A DNA stretch of 64,000 bases from a virus (lineage: Duplodnaviria > Caudoviricetes), in the IMG/VR virus record IMGVR_UViG_3300042363_001420. One strand, given 5' to 3'. The translations under genes were made by a program, and so were the position numbers. The notes under the pieces are model-generated. The model made no database searches. It saw only the letters and a list, made by a program, of their open reading frames with translations, and was not told where the DNA came from. Of this stretch, positions 1 through 10,004 are shown piece by piece. How positions within the stretch are numbered: position 1 is the stretch's first letter; each line of letters starts with the position of its first letter.

Positions 1-340
1 TCTGCGGGCGAAGATTTTCTGGAACCTGATCCATGATGTAAGGCAAGCTTTCAATGCCGGGTTGAAACATATCCTCAAAGTAAACAACATCTTGGCTGGT
101 TACTTCGCCGTTGCGCATCATTTGAACCAGATTCATCATCTGACTCATTGAAAAATAGCTGCGGCCGTGTGCGTCTAAAACTTGCCCCACTGAAATGCTT
201 TGACTGTCGTCAATGGTCGAACCCGGCACATATACAACATCAAGTCCCTGTCGATCAAAAACACGACGGTTCCATTCTGTTAGTTGCAGAGTGTATCGAG
301 CTTCGTACGACTCTAGTCCCATGTAAAATAGTTTACGCAT
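1..340 (-). CDS. Probable glycosyltransferase (GT-B type), N-terminal part; runs off the window edge and is not in the supplied ORF track
   Basis: Manual translation from ATG at 340: MRKLFYMGLESYEARYTLQLTEWNRRVF...VVYFEDMFQPGIESLPYI, open to position 1. Resembles the N-terminus of phage glycosyltransferases found next to deazaguanine genes; the catalytic C-terminal half is not visible. Confidence 0.6.
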   Translation of the reverse strand, partial: MRKLFYMGLESYEARYTLQLTEWNRRVFDRQGLDVVYVPGSTIDDSQSISVGQVLDAHGRSYFSMSQMMNLVQMMRNGEVTSQDVVYFEDMFQPGIESLPYIMDQVPENLRPQ

Positions 341-342
341 AA

Positions 343-555
343 TTAGCGAACCCTGGGTGCGTCTTGCATCCACATGTCTTTGACATGTTTACCCTGCAGT
401 CTTTTATTAAACTGTTGGAAAGCATAGCTTTTCCAGTTGTAAAGATCTGCTTCGTTATAGCGATATCCGTAGTCCCGACAAAATTCAAGATACAGTTCAA
501 GGTCATCAAAAATTTGTTGAACTTTAGGATTGGACTTAATAGTTAGCTTAGCCAT
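343..555 (-). CDS. Hypothetical phage protein
   Basis: 70-aa ORF tightly packed between its neighbours. Confidence 0.7.
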   Translation of the reverse strand: MAKLTIKSNPKVQQIFDDLELYLEFCRDYGYRYNEADLYNWKSYAFQQFNKRLQGKHVKDMWMQDAPRVR

Positions 556-1201
556 ATATTTTCCTTGCGTGATTACAATTGTAGTGAGGTAAATTAAAAT
601 TGCTCTCCCACCATAAGGTATGGTAGTGTTGAGCTCGTGTTATATCTATGTTGATATTTAGATAATTGTTCCAGGTATCAATTAATTTTGATTCTGTTAA
701 GTTTGGGTGCCATGCACATTGTATGCTTGTAGTTAGCACATCATTGCTGATAAAGTAAGTATTGTACAAAGGAGGTTGGTAAAGATACGGTTGTTCTTCG
801 TCGAGATAGTATGGATGCCCGCTGGTTCCTCCCAGCCGTTCTTGTCTTTCAAAAAGAAGTTTACGGTCTACATCGGTGTCTATAGTAATAATAATATATT
901 TTTTGTTTTTGATCAAGTTTAATTCGTTGCGAAACGGGGCAAGTTCTCCAAAATGCCCGTGTATGATCCAATTTTTTTCAGGCTCTGCAGAAATATTTTC
1001 AAATAGATATTTGTGTACATTTCTACCGCCGGTGCTATGCACAGTTCCAACTGGCTGAGAATCCGAAACCGGAGCATGCGCATGTTCGTATACTTCAGAA
1101 TTAAGATCTCCGCTGTTGGCAAAGGATTGATCCAGACACAGTAAATTTTTAAAATGATTGCCACCGGCCATTGGTGGATACGATATAATTACAGCTGGCA
1201 T
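548..1201 (-). CDS. Hypothetical protein, possibly sulfotransferase-like
   Basis: N-terminal IISYPPMAGGNHFKNLL resembles a PAPS-binding loop; later IIHGH. Confidence 0.4.
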   Translation of the reverse strand: MPAVIISYPPMAGGNHFKNLLCLDQSFANSGDLNSEVYEHAHAPVSDSQPVGTVHSTGGRNVHKYLFENISAEPEKNWIIHGHFGELAPFRNELNLIKNKKYIIITIDTDVDRKLLFERQERLGGTSGHPYYLDEEQPYLYQPPLYNTYFISNDVLTTSIQCAWHPNLTESKLIDTWNNYLNINIDITRAQHYHTLWWESNFNLPHYNCNHARKIYG

Positions 1202-1662
1202 TATACTGAAACTTTCTGAGATTGATGAGTTTCATATTTAATCAAGCAACCGTTTTCACCATCTTCGGCTACTTCTATCCAGACACTACGTCCAGGATAT
1301 CTGTTGGCAATCTGCAGGTACAGATCGTCGGCAATCATTTCGCATGATTTGAAATCTAAACTTAAAACGGAACTTGTATTATTGGAACCGGTGGCACGGA
1401 AAAGGTTCTCCAGCCAGCGTTTGAATTGGATGAATTCGATATCTCGGTCATTGTGGAATACATCGATCCACACCCGGAAATGAAAGATGTGACGATGAGG
1501 ATAACCCAAAAACGATACATCATATTCATCTCCTGTGGCTAACATGGGGTCTGTCAAGGCCGCAGGATATTTATGGATACCTTCGCGATGAAAAGTTATC
1601 CAAATTTTTCGTTCGGCTCGAGACATAATACGATCGACTTGTTCACGTTCTTGTTGATTCAT
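1201..1662 (-). CDS. QueD-like T-fold protein, DpdL type (predicted 7-carboxy-7-deazaguanine decarboxylase)
   Basis: EGIH, LGYPHRHIF (LxxxHRHxF), DRDIEFIQFK and SCEMIA motifs; lies near a DpdA-like gene. Confidence 0.75.
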   Translation of the reverse strand: MNQQEREQVDRIMSRAERKIWITFHREGIHKYPAALTDPMLATGDEYDVSFLGYPHRHIFHFRVWIDVFHNDRDIEFIQFKRWLENLFRATGSNNTSSVLSLDFKSCEMIADDLYLQIANRYPGRSVWIEVAEDGENGCLIKYETHQSQKVSV

Positions 1663-1671
1663 GTAATTTCC

Positions 1672-2247
1672 TTAATTGAATAATTGTTTAAATGTATCTC
1701 TTGATCCCGAAATGTTATGAATCTTTTTCATGGCAGAGTTAGTAATTCGCATACGATACGAGTTGGGATGACCGTATCCGTCAAATATTACCCATCCGTT
1801 GACAGATTTAATTTCTTTGTCTCGAACATTGTTTAACAGTTGGTTGCGACAATCGTTGTAGCCCTCGGAAAGTTTTTGTTGAATTATATCAATGTCCATA
1901 TCAATCAACTGAACACTTGATACTTCTAAAAAGTCCGGATCGTATGTCACTTGATTTTGATTTTGAACTTTGTGTCGATAACGAGTATCGTTAAAGTTGG
2001 GAGTGTCGATGATATCAACAATGGTCATCGAACCAACAGTGTGATGTGCGTGACTGCCTTTCTTCCTGCTTTTATTGTCGACACCATAATCTGGCATGTC
2101 CACAAGACCAGTTTTGTCAACTTTATGACCCTTTTGCTGCATTAGATAATCAACGAAGTTCCCGACATCGCTATCATTTGACGCCATTGGAACTGATGTT
2201 CCTACAGTTATATTATTTTTAATAGTTTTAACTCGTGGTTTTTTCAT
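1672..2247 (-). CDS. Putative PD-(D/E)xK endonuclease (MutH/type II REase-like); start revised to ATG 2247
   Basis: VGNFVDYLM...VDMPDYGVDNKSR...TVGS pattern; ATGA overlap with the upstream stop. Confidence 0.45.
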   Translation of the reverse strand: MKKPRVKTIKNNITVGTSVPMASNDSDVGNFVDYLMQQKGHKVDKTGLVDMPDYGVDNKSRKKGSHAHHTVGSMTIVDIIDTPNFNDTRYRHKVQNQNQVTYDPDFLEVSSVQLIDMDIDIIQQKLSEGYNDCRNQLLNNVRDKEIKSVNGWVIFDGYGHPNSYRMRITNSAMKKIHNISGSRDTFKQLFN

Positions 2248-2765
2248 TTGATTACTATGTCCTGTTTGTATTGAGACCAATCTGTAAATTTATTTCTATC
2301 CAATAAGTCATGTAGATGATGACACCATACTCCGGGATTAGATTTAGAAAAATCTACATCATCTAATTTAATTGTAGCATTATACCCCAATTGTTGTAAA
2401 TAGGGCAGCTTGACTGAAATCATTGGGATGAACATCGGATGTTCAGTCAAGCCGGACTCTAGCAGCCCTTCAACTTGGTCAACATCGACATCTAATGTGC
2501 ACCAGTATCCTTGATTAAGGCAAGCAAAAATCATACCAGACCACAGATCCCAAATTTGAGCATTGTTGGCTATACCTTTAGGAAAGCTTTGGTTAGCGCC
2601 AAAATACACATGCTGGATACCGTCGGGGTTAAGTCGCAAGTGATATTCAATATCGTCAATGGGCTGCACATCTACCACAAACAAAGTATTCATGTTATAA
2701 GCAGGTGTGTGTTCTACTTCGATTCCGGTAAAGAATCGCACATTTTGGTGGTCTTGTCTATTCAT
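2244..2765 (-). CDS. Hypothetical protein in the deazaguanine cluster
   Basis: 173-aa ORF (FFTGIEVEHTPA, HVYFGANQSF, NPGVWCH) directly downstream of the DpdA-like gene. Confidence 0.7.
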   Translation of the reverse strand: MNRQDHQNVRFFTGIEVEHTPAYNMNTLFVVDVQPIDDIEYHLRLNPDGIQHVYFGANQSFPKGIANNAQIWDLWSGMIFACLNQGYWCTLDVDVDQVEGLLESGLTEHPMFIPMISVKLPYLQQLGYNATIKLDDVDFSKSNPGVWCHHLHDLLDRNKFTDWSQYKQDIVIK

Positions 2766-2772
2766 CAGTATT

Positions 2773-4473
2773 TTAATCGTTGACAGTGTTTTCTAATTGG
2801 TCTAGTAATTCTTCATCGAACTCAGCGGTTTCGATTTCTTCGTCTTCTGTATCAAATAAGTTATTGAACATGACCCGGGAATTTACAGCTCTGGGTCCAG
2901 TAAAACCTCTAGTTCCAATTACTCTTTCCCATACTTTAGCATGATCTTTAATAATTTGCAAGCTGGTCTGGCGATCTTTAGCAGAAAAAACCTTATCAAT
3001 AATTCGTACAATATCTAGATCCGAATCAAGCGGATGTACCATCATGTCCGGACATTGCCCTGAATCAAAAACACGATTTGCACGTTGTACAGCTTCGATA
3101 TGCATCCAAACATTATGTCCCATCAGTAGTGCATAGCTAAAGCTATCCCAAGAAGTTTTTCCTTCTTTTCCTACCTTATTCAGCATGCCAGGAGCATAGT
3201 GACAAATGTCTGAAATTTTCAATCGGCTGCTAATCGGACTGTCTTCAAATCCGGGATGTATAACTGTATTAGCTTTGCTGTTTGCTTTATCTTGTCTAAC
3301 AACATCACCAAACAAACGATTGTCAGTGGCGTACTTTTTGTTATCAGCTGTGGGACTCATTTGATAACTCCACTTTGATCGATTCTCTGTAGTGATGTTA
3401 TGATACAATTGTCCGTTGGCTGTGGCCAAGAATGGACTGGCACAATCAAAGCTAATAGTAAATGTAGGATTGTGATAACGCCTAACGCTGCGTTGAATAG
3501 CAGTCAATAGCACAGCCCATTCAAGTTTACTTGTGCCCAAGAAATGCATCCAATCCTGTACACCGGACTCTAATAATCCATCATGTATTAAATGTACCAA
3601 GCGTTTTAATATCAATTCAACATCGCACATGTTCTGACCTCCCATGCCCCAGCCGTTGAAGTGTTTTTCGTATTTTTTCGGATCGCAATAATCCTTCATT
3701 GTTTGATACCAACGCTCTGCTTCGTCGTGATCACCGCCCTGCAATACATTTAAAATTTTAGTATCGCCATATCTGTTGGCAATCCAATATTCGTTGTTGT
3801 ATTTGGTTGCATTGACAGCATCGTCGTAGCTGGTAATACCAGAAGCTGCAGATGCTTTGGGATCACGGAAAGTCCAAGTTGGAATATCCATTGTCATGCC
3901 ATACGTAGCTATGCCCATTTGCCATTTGAGCACAGTCTCTCTCATTTTTTTTGCAGCATCTAATTTGGCTTGATATTCTTTGACATGATCGATTTTAATA
4001 AATTTTGGCTTGCCATTCTTGTCAAATTTTTGATTGCCAGCATCGTCTAGTAACGGTTTTAATTCAATACCCTTGGCCACAGCTTCTGCCATTAGTGCAG
4101 CAACTTCAGGACTGCTGGGATCCTTCCATTCTCCGGGCCATACTCCTTTGGCAATCTGGAACCCTCCTGAGTCAGCTAACATAATAGTATTGGGATCTCT
4201 ATTACGAATCATATCCTCGCGAGGATCCGGCTTTGCTAAATCCAAGTTAGCATGCCCTGCTGAGTACAGACTCCAACGATATGGGAATAGTCCTTCTTGG
4301 GAATTCAACCAGTTAAGTTGCTCCATGTTAGGAATTCCAGCAGGCATACGAGACTGTTCTACATACTCACTGGTTCGTTGACGTCCTACATAATTGGCAT
4401 AAAAACTACTGAGTGCCGGTAAGAAAATAGCATAGTCTTGTTGCTTGTCTGTTAAGTTATCTTGTTCGTTCAT
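2773..4473 (-). CDS. dpdA: TGT-fold guanine transglycosylase, DpdA-like (DNA 7-deazaguanine insertion); start revised to ATG 4473
   Basis: TGT motifs LADSGGFQI, MTMDIP, LNVLQGG, MHFLGTSK, ISFDCASP; phage context with a QueD-like gene and polB; AGGA before MNEQD. Confidence 0.8.
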   Translation of the reverse strand: MNEQDNLTDKQQDYAIFLPALSSFYANYVGRQRTSEYVEQSRMPAGIPNMEQLNWLNSQEGLFPYRWSLYSAGHANLDLAKPDPREDMIRNRDPNTIMLADSGGFQIAKGVWPGEWKDPSSPEVAALMAEAVAKGIELKPLLDDAGNQKFDKNGKPKFIKIDHVKEYQAKLDAAKKMRETVLKWQMGIATYGMTMDIPTWTFRDPKASAASGITSYDDAVNATKYNNEYWIANRYGDTKILNVLQGGDHDEAERWYQTMKDYCDPKKYEKHFNGWGMGGQNMCDVELILKRLVHLIHDGLLESGVQDWMHFLGTSKLEWAVLLTAIQRSVRRYHNPTFTISFDCASPFLATANGQLYHNITTENRSKWSYQMSPTADNKKYATDNRLFGDVVRQDKANSKANTVIHPGFEDSPISSRLKISDICHYAPGMLNKVGKEGKTSWDSFSYALLMGHNVWMHIEAVQRANRVFDSGQCPDMMVHPLDSDLDIVRIIDKVFSAKDRQTSLQIIKDHAKVWERVIGTRGFTGPRAVNSRVMFNNLFDTEDEEIETAEFDEELLDQLENTVND

Positions 4474-4542
4474 TCGGTTTCCTTTTCCTGCGGGCACAAT
4501 TTCTTTATAATTTCCAACTGTTCCTAAACTGCTCCAGAGATT

Positions 4543-5277
4543 TCACGGTCTAGTACTTGCTGTAGATTCAAACAGCACATCATAAAAAAATGTCAGCGAA
4601 TCTGATTTTTCTACTGTGCGATAAGCATCGATAACTGCTTTATCGATGTACTTAGGATTTGCCCACCAGTCTTCGAAATAAATTTCAAACTCGGGATTAA
4701 ATCTGCGATGCACCGGTAGGGCAATGTCGCCGGCAATCATAACGTAACCAGCTTTTTCTAATAATTCTCTACCGATATTTCTTGCATCCTGGCTTTCGCC
4801 GTTGTTGTCCCAAGCATCATGTTCGTAAGTGATTAATCCAAACTCTTGAGTCTTTAAAACAGATGTCAATACCGAAAGATTAGCACTGGGCGGCGCAATA
4901 TCAATTTGCAAATAATCAAAGTAATCAGGAAGTATAGAATAATCATATTCTGTAGCATTGGCAGTGATTAATTGAGAGTTAGGTCTGTGCATACCCCACA
5001 TTTTAGCATATTCAGCACCGCCTGGTAAATCCATGCTAACGCCAGACCAACCTAGCAATTTTTCCAAAAGCCAGGTATTGTTCTCTCTATAATCGTCATT
5101 ACAGCCGATTTCTAAAAAAGTTCCTTCTCGCTTGCCTTGAGTGAGTGCTATTACAAATAAATCTTGACCTGCTTCGCTTTGTCTACCACACAGCATCTCG
5201 GGATGAAAATTGTTAATAAGATATTTAAATTTTGATCCGCTCACTGTTTCAGTCGCTCCATGGTCAAGATACGACAA
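4543..5277 (-). CDS. FkbM-family SAM methyltransferase-like protein
   Basis: SEAGQDLFV...GTFLEIG...NNTWLLEKLLGWSG...YLQIDI...ITYEHD...EDWW. Confidence 0.75.
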   Translation of the reverse strand: MSYLDHGATETVSGSKFKYLINNFHPEMLCGRQSEAGQDLFVIALTQGKREGTFLEIGCNDDYRENNTWLLEKLLGWSGVSMDLPGGAEYAKMWGMHRPNSQLITANATEYDYSILPDYFDYLQIDIAPPSANLSVLTSVLKTQEFGLITYEHDAWDNNGESQDARNIGRELLEKAGYVMIAGDIALPVHRRFNPEFEIYFEDWWANPKYIDKAVIDAYRTVEKSDSLTFFYDVLFESTASTRP

Positions 5278-5591
5278 AGTTCTTGATCAAAGTCCTGTTC
5301 ATCGGCTACAAGATAACTGGTTACCTGTGGTTCTTCGTAGTTGGTTGCACTTTCCTTGCTGGGATGTCGAATTGTTACAACATATCCACCCATGACTGAT
5401 TTGATGTCAATTCTCAAACCGGTTTCAAGCCTATGTGTGTCAACGGCTGAAGGAAATGGTACTTCATTACCCCCATCTCGATAAAGACGATCTACGGCAT
5501 CTTGTTCAACCTTCCATTCCGGATGTAGAATGTTGGCACGATGCCAACACCAACGAGCTTTATTATAGAACCAACGATCGAACCATCTCAT
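5241..5591 (-). CDS. Hypothetical protein; start revised to MRWFD
   Basis: ATG immediately follows the clamp gene stop. Confidence 0.6.
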   Translation of the reverse strand: MRWFDRWFYNKARWCWHRANILHPEWKVEQDAVDRLYRDGGNEVPFPSAVDTHRLETGLRIDIKSVMGGYVVTIRHPSKESATNYEEPQVTSYLVADEQDFDQELCRILTMERLKQ

Positions 5592-5592
5592 G

Positions 5593-6324
5593 TCATTTGC
5601 TCTGTGCAGGCAAGATATAATTGTACTCAGCAATACCAGAATTAACTGTGATCATTGCAGCACCGTCGTCGCTGATACGTACAATCTTGTCACCGGTGAG
5701 ATCCATAATGCTGATAAATTGTTTGACTGGCCAACTCCACGTGCGTTTTAATGCTCCGGAAACACCGGGCTGAAATACAAATTCACCAGCATGAGTTGAA
5801 TGATCACCAAAAGAAAATTTCAAATCGCCTTTGTCAGTTTTGGCTTGAAATGTATTTTCTTCAGCATTGGCAGATGCTTGCATTTTAAGTCTTTGAATAC
5901 CAGCCACAGTAGGTTCAAATTCCACGTGCCATGTAACGCCTTTGAACTTGGCTGTTTTTAATTTTTCGTTTGCAATTTCGGCAGTCATAAATCTATAGTC
6001 GTTTTCGAAATCTCCAGTTGAGTTTTCGAAATGCAGTCCCGACAGCATATCTATGCCGTTGCGATTTTGCTTTAGTACGTTGATACGAGCATTTTCTCGA
6101 TACTCACCGAGATTAAGCAGAATTTTAAGTTTGTTGAGATTCGGCATTCCAAAAACACCAATAAACTCAGCAACTGGCACTAAAAATTTACCTTCAACTA
6201 CTACCGAAAGATCTTCGGCAACAGAGTTAATCAAAGTTTCATTCTGGTCACCAGTAATTTTAACTATATCGATGCAACCTAAGTCGTATGTGTGTTCTAC
6301 TAAGTCTAATAAGTAATCTTTCAT
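5593..6324 (-). CDS. DNA polymerase sliding clamp (gp45/PCNA-like)
   Basis: 243 aa with FGMPNLNKLKILL and C-terminal GIAEYNYILPA; near polB, with a clamp loader elsewhere in the window. Confidence 0.7.
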   Translation of the reverse strand: MKDYLLDLVEHTYDLGCIDIVKITGDQNETLINSVAEDLSVVVEGKFLVPVAEFIGVFGMPNLNKLKILLNLGEYRENARINVLKQNRNGIDMLSGLHFENSTGDFENDYRFMTAEIANEKLKTAKFKGVTWHVEFEPTVAGIQRLKMQASANAEENTFQAKTDKGDLKFSFGDHSTHAGEFVFQPGVSGALKRTWSWPVKQFISIMDLTGDKIVRISDDGAAMITVNSGIAEYNYILPAQSK

Positions 6325-6368
6325 GAGTTCTCCAAGGAATAATTTGATGTTATTTAGATCAATAATAT

Positions 6369-6397
6369 ATTTTACATTTTTTATTAAGCAGTGTCAA
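6369..6397 (-). promoter_or_regulatory. Sigma70-type early promoter for the clamp gene
   Basis: TTGACA-17 nt-TAAAAT. Confidence 0.7.
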
Positions 6398-6408
6398 CAG
6401 TTACATGC

Positions 6409-7347
6409 TCATTTAGGCATGACTGTGGCCAATGTCTGTCCGCCACGAATGCTGGTTAATTCACCAGGCTTGCGCAATTCTAACCAGGTATTAGCCGAGT
6501 CTATTTTAAAACGCTGCTGCAATTCGAATCCGGCTGACTGTGCGGCTGTTAATACAGCATGCCCTGGTGTGTAGCACATAAAACTTCTTTCGGCTAAGTC
6601 TACTCCGCCGGCTCGATCGCAGTCATTGAATGACATGGCCAACGTACCACCGGGTTTGAGCCTGCTGAAAATTTCCACTATGTAGGCTTGAATAATTTCA
6701 ATAGGTTTAAAATTGAAAAAATAGTAGGCCAGACAAAAAGCAAATTGACCAGTTGGTAAATCTGTCAGTATAGGAGCATCAACTGATTCAGTTACTGCAT
6801 AAGTTCTCAGCCTTCTTTGGTATTGATCGTTGAATCTCAACACAGCAGGATCTAGTAATTTAAGATCAGTATCAACTAGATACAACGGATCGCATCCTAC
6901 CAACAGATTAATCCATTCTTCGTGTCCAGGTCGAATAATCATTCCAGCATGGTGCCAGTCACCGTGTGCTTGTATACGTGCTGTAAGAAATTCTCTAGTT
7001 TCTTTGTCAATTTGGTATCGACGGCTCAATGTGTGTTCTATAGAATCGTACGCAGTCATTTCCTGATATAGTTCAGAGCTTTTGATATAGTAAGACGGTT
7101 CGTGCTGACGAATCATTGTTGTAATATTTTCTTTAACTTCGTCTAATGTTTGATCAATGTCAACTAAACAGTCAAGTACTCGGTTGTACTGTTGTTGTAG
7201 ACGTTCAGTTAAATTAGAGAACTGTAAATCATTGGTCTTGACTGTATGCAATACCGGAGCCAAAGTTTCATGAGCAATAGGCGCAGTATCTAACGGTGTC
7301 ATGTCGTCAAGAATGGCTTTATAAGCAAGAAGAGAACTTAGTTTCAT
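6409..7347 (-). CDS. Class I SAM-dependent methyltransferase-like protein
   Basis: C-terminal FAFCLAYYFFNF...IFSRLKPGGTLAMSFND. Confidence 0.6.
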   Translation of the reverse strand: MKLSSLLAYKAILDDMTPLDTAPIAHETLAPVLHTVKTNDLQFSNLTERLQQQYNRVLDCLVDIDQTLDEVKENITTMIRQHEPSYYIKSSELYQEMTAYDSIEHTLSRRYQIDKETREFLTARIQAHGDWHHAGMIIRPGHEEWINLLVGCDPLYLVDTDLKLLDPAVLRFNDQYQRRLRTYAVTESVDAPILTDLPTGQFAFCLAYYFFNFKPIEIIQAYIVEIFSRLKPGGTLAMSFNDCDRAGGVDLAERSFMCYTPGHAVLTAAQSAGFELQQRFKIDSANTWLELRKPGELTSIRGGQTLATVMPK

Positions 7348-10004
7348 TAGAACTCAAACAATGATTGAAATGTATTGTCGGTATTGGTAGCAGAACCTAA
7401 ATCCCAGTCTAGCACTCCTAGTAAGTTATCTACCTTACCGTCAATTACAGTGGCTTCCATTTCGGCGTCGTTAAACGGCAGTTCACAAAACCATTTGGGT
7501 AAATGTTTTTCATCAGTGGGATAAGCGATACTTGTCCATCCCAATGGATTAGATTTTAATTTACAGACAATAACTTTCATGCCATCAACAATGGACATAG
7601 AATAATTGTCGCTGTTCATCCGGCGTAGATTGTTCCAGTTTAGTGCTGCTCGCACATGTCCTGGCATGTTAGCTTTGCCTTCTTTTGCTTCTTTATTGCC
7701 GTACATGGTCAAGTTATTGACTCTCTTAGGAGAGCCTTTTTCCCACCCCGGTCTTTCTTTGAACAGAATTTTAAAATCTCGAATTTTTTCAATAATATCC
7801 TGTTTGTCAACACCAACTAGAGTGTCTGTCAAAATACCGCTTAAGAATTCTTGTATGACTTTCGGAGTGTCACTACGCTTGAGATCCAACCCCATGGCCT
7901 TAACTTTACCGGGCTTACCGTTACCGTCTAATCTCTTGCCTTCTTTGTCGACGATCATAACAGCATAGCGTTTCTTAGTAATGAACAAACCTTTACTGGC
8001 CACAATTTCTCGTCCGCCGCGAATTACAGCACCCATGTCTCTGGGACAATGAAAGGCCTGTTCCATAAAACCCGGAAAACTTTGATTAACTTGTTCGGCA
8101 ATTGAATCATACAAAGAAATAGCAGTTTCTTTCGACCATTCCATGCGACCTTGCACGATATCGTCTTTGAGTACGGGCCAAGCACTAAAGTAGCAGGAGT
8201 CAGTGTCGCCATAAATGATAGCATCACCCACATGATCGTATTTGCCAGTGATACATTCGTTGACATGTGCGTCCATATGCTTGGCAATACTACGACCAGT
8301 CAACGTAGTTGATTGACCGATTCTTTTGTCAAAGAATCTACACCCTGGATTAAGAATAGCACCATACAAACTGTTTAGATTAATTTTCTTAACTAACTGT
8401 CTTTTATCCCAGTATTCCTCATCTTCTTTAGTTTCACAAGACTTGAGCTTGGCCTGCATCTCCTTACGTTCGGCATACCAGCGTTTGAGTAGTCCGGGAA
8501 TAATACCTTCTTTTTCGTAAGTGAAGATCGTGCCATTGGCACTGAGAATCCAAGGCTTGTTGCTGTCAAAAATCATAGGCCAGACTTCAGCCGCTGAATG
8601 AATTGTTTCAGCGCCATCACTCCAATCTACAGTGATCTCGGTTCCACGCTGCATTTCCATGACAGCATTATACTCGAGTGTAGCAAACAGGCCTTCCCAG
8701 GCGGCCGCAAAACTCATACCTCGTCTGATGCGCTCGTTGATATATTGATCAGTCAGCACTGGTCGTAACTGCCCTACAATAGTTTCAGGACCCATGTTTA
8801 GTGCTCTAATAGCAGACGGATACAAACTGTTGATGTCGATGGATCCGATGTATTGATGTATACCTTTTTTTGGATAAGCAACGTAAGCACCTGCAGCTTG
8901 TGTATCTTCGGAATCACTATACTGCCTTCGATTAGGTACCACCATGCCACGAGCATGAGCTTCGTTAATGATAGCTTGTTCAGTTACGGCTACAGCACCC
9001 ATTGTGGTTGGCAACAACACTGTATTTTCGTGTGCCAGTGTGTTGGCAAGATCCATGAATCTCAGTTTCTTGTCAATCTTGTTTACCAGTGCAACGTCTT
9101 GTCTGTTATACTCAATAAACTTTTTAAAGTCGTTGTTGTAGAGTTGATCCAGTGTGCCTTCGTATGCAGTTTTTGATCCTAATTCTTCATATTCACCAAT
9201 GGCATCTAAACTGTAGCTGTGTCTCTCTTCGTATGTGTACTTGCGATACAGTTGCATATAGTCCATGTGTACTCGGCCTACGATGTCAAATGTAAGACTT
9301 TCTTTACCGTAGCGTTCAAAAGTTCTAGGTTTGGGCAACTGACCCCACAAGCAGAATCTTCTTGTGTCGTCTTTGCTTAGTACCCTGGTGATTCGATTAA
9401 CAGTATAAGGGATGTCATAACCTTCGCTATTCCAGCCAGTTAAGATATCAGCATCGTCGATCAGGTTTAGGAAAGTATCCAGCATTTCTGCTTCATTATT
9501 GAACATGAAAGTGTTACTAAATTCCGCAGCAATCTCATTGGCAGTTTCCATGCTCATGCTGCGAGGTGGAATAGCCAACGTGATCATTTGATCCAACCAA
9601 TCTAAGTAAACTGAGATTGCAGTGATGGGATTAAACGCTTCTTCGGTGCTGCTGAACCCTCTCTCGGCATCGAAATCAGTTTCAATGTCAAAAAACGCTG
9701 TGTGCAGCTTCGGCGCATCGCTGCCTTGATAATTTTCTTCAAGGCAGCGAAAAACCGGATTAATATCACTTTCATAGATATTTTTACCGGAGTGCATGCG
9801 TAGTTCTTTTCGAAACTCTTTGTTGTTGCGACTGGAAAAACGTGACACAGGTGTTCCATAAATGCTGCGAAACTTGCCACGAGGATCGTCGTGATAAAAA
9901 ATATAAGTAGCTGGAAATTCTTGATAGTAACGTTCGCCGTTACGTCGGCCTACAACATGAATTCGATCTTTGTCTCGATCGAAAAGTGCGTCAATATAAC
10001 TCAA
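7347..10004 (-). CDS. polB: Family B DNA polymerase (T4 gp43-like), TTG start
   Basis: Exonuclease motifs FFDIET, GWNSEGYDIPY, YNRQDV; polymerase motifs SIDINSLYPS, KINLNSLYG, YGDTDS, KKRY; SD TAGGAG. Confidence 0.97.
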   Translation of the reverse strand: MSYIDALFDRDKDRIHVVGRRNGERYYQEFPATYIFYHDDPRGKFRSIYGTPVSRFSSRNNKEFRKELRMHSGKNIYESDINPVFRCLEENYQGSDAPKLHTAFFDIETDFDAERGFSSTEEAFNPITAISVYLDWLDQMITLAIPPRSMSMETANEIAAEFSNTFMFNNEAEMLDTFLNLIDDADILTGWNSEGYDIPYTVNRITRVLSKDDTRRFCLWGQLPKPRTFERYGKESLTFDIVGRVHMDYMQLYRKYTYEERHSYSLDAIGEYEELGSKTAYEGTLDQLYNNDFKKFIEYNRQDVALVNKIDKKLRFMDLANTLAHENTVLLPTTMGAVAVTEQAIINEAHARGMVVPNRRQYSDSEDTQAAGAYVAYPKKGIHQYIGSIDINSLYPSAIRALNMGPETIVGQLRPVLTDQYINERIRRGMSFAAAWEGLFATLEYNAVMEMQRGTEITVDWSDGAETIHSAAEVWPMIFDSNKPWILSANGTIFTYEKEGIIPGLLKRWYAERKEMQAKLKSCETKEDEEYWDKRQLVKKINLNSLYGAILNPGCRFFDKRIGQSTTLTGRSIAKHMDAHVNECITGKYDHVGDAIIYGDTDSCYFSAWPVLKDDIVQGRMEWSKETAISLYDSIAEQVNQSFPGFMEQAFHCPRDMGAVIRGGREIVASKGLFITKKRYAVMIVDKEGKRLDGNGKPGKVKAMGLDLKRSDTPKVIQEFLSGILTDTLVGVDKQDIIEKIRDFKILFKERPGWEKGSPKRVNNLTMYGNKEAKEGKANMPGHVRAALNWNNLRRMNSDNYSMSIVDGMKVIVCKLKSNPLGWTSIAYPTDEKHLPKWFCELPFNDAEMEATVIDGKVDNLLGVLDWDLGSATNTDNTFQSLFEF

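Noticed and set aside
2773-4473. Annotation as an ordinary queuine tRNA-ribosyltransferase
   Set aside because: It lacks the CxCxxC zinc motif of bacterial tRNA TGT, is much longer, and sits beside polB and a DpdL-like gene, which favours a DNA or nucleotide substrate.
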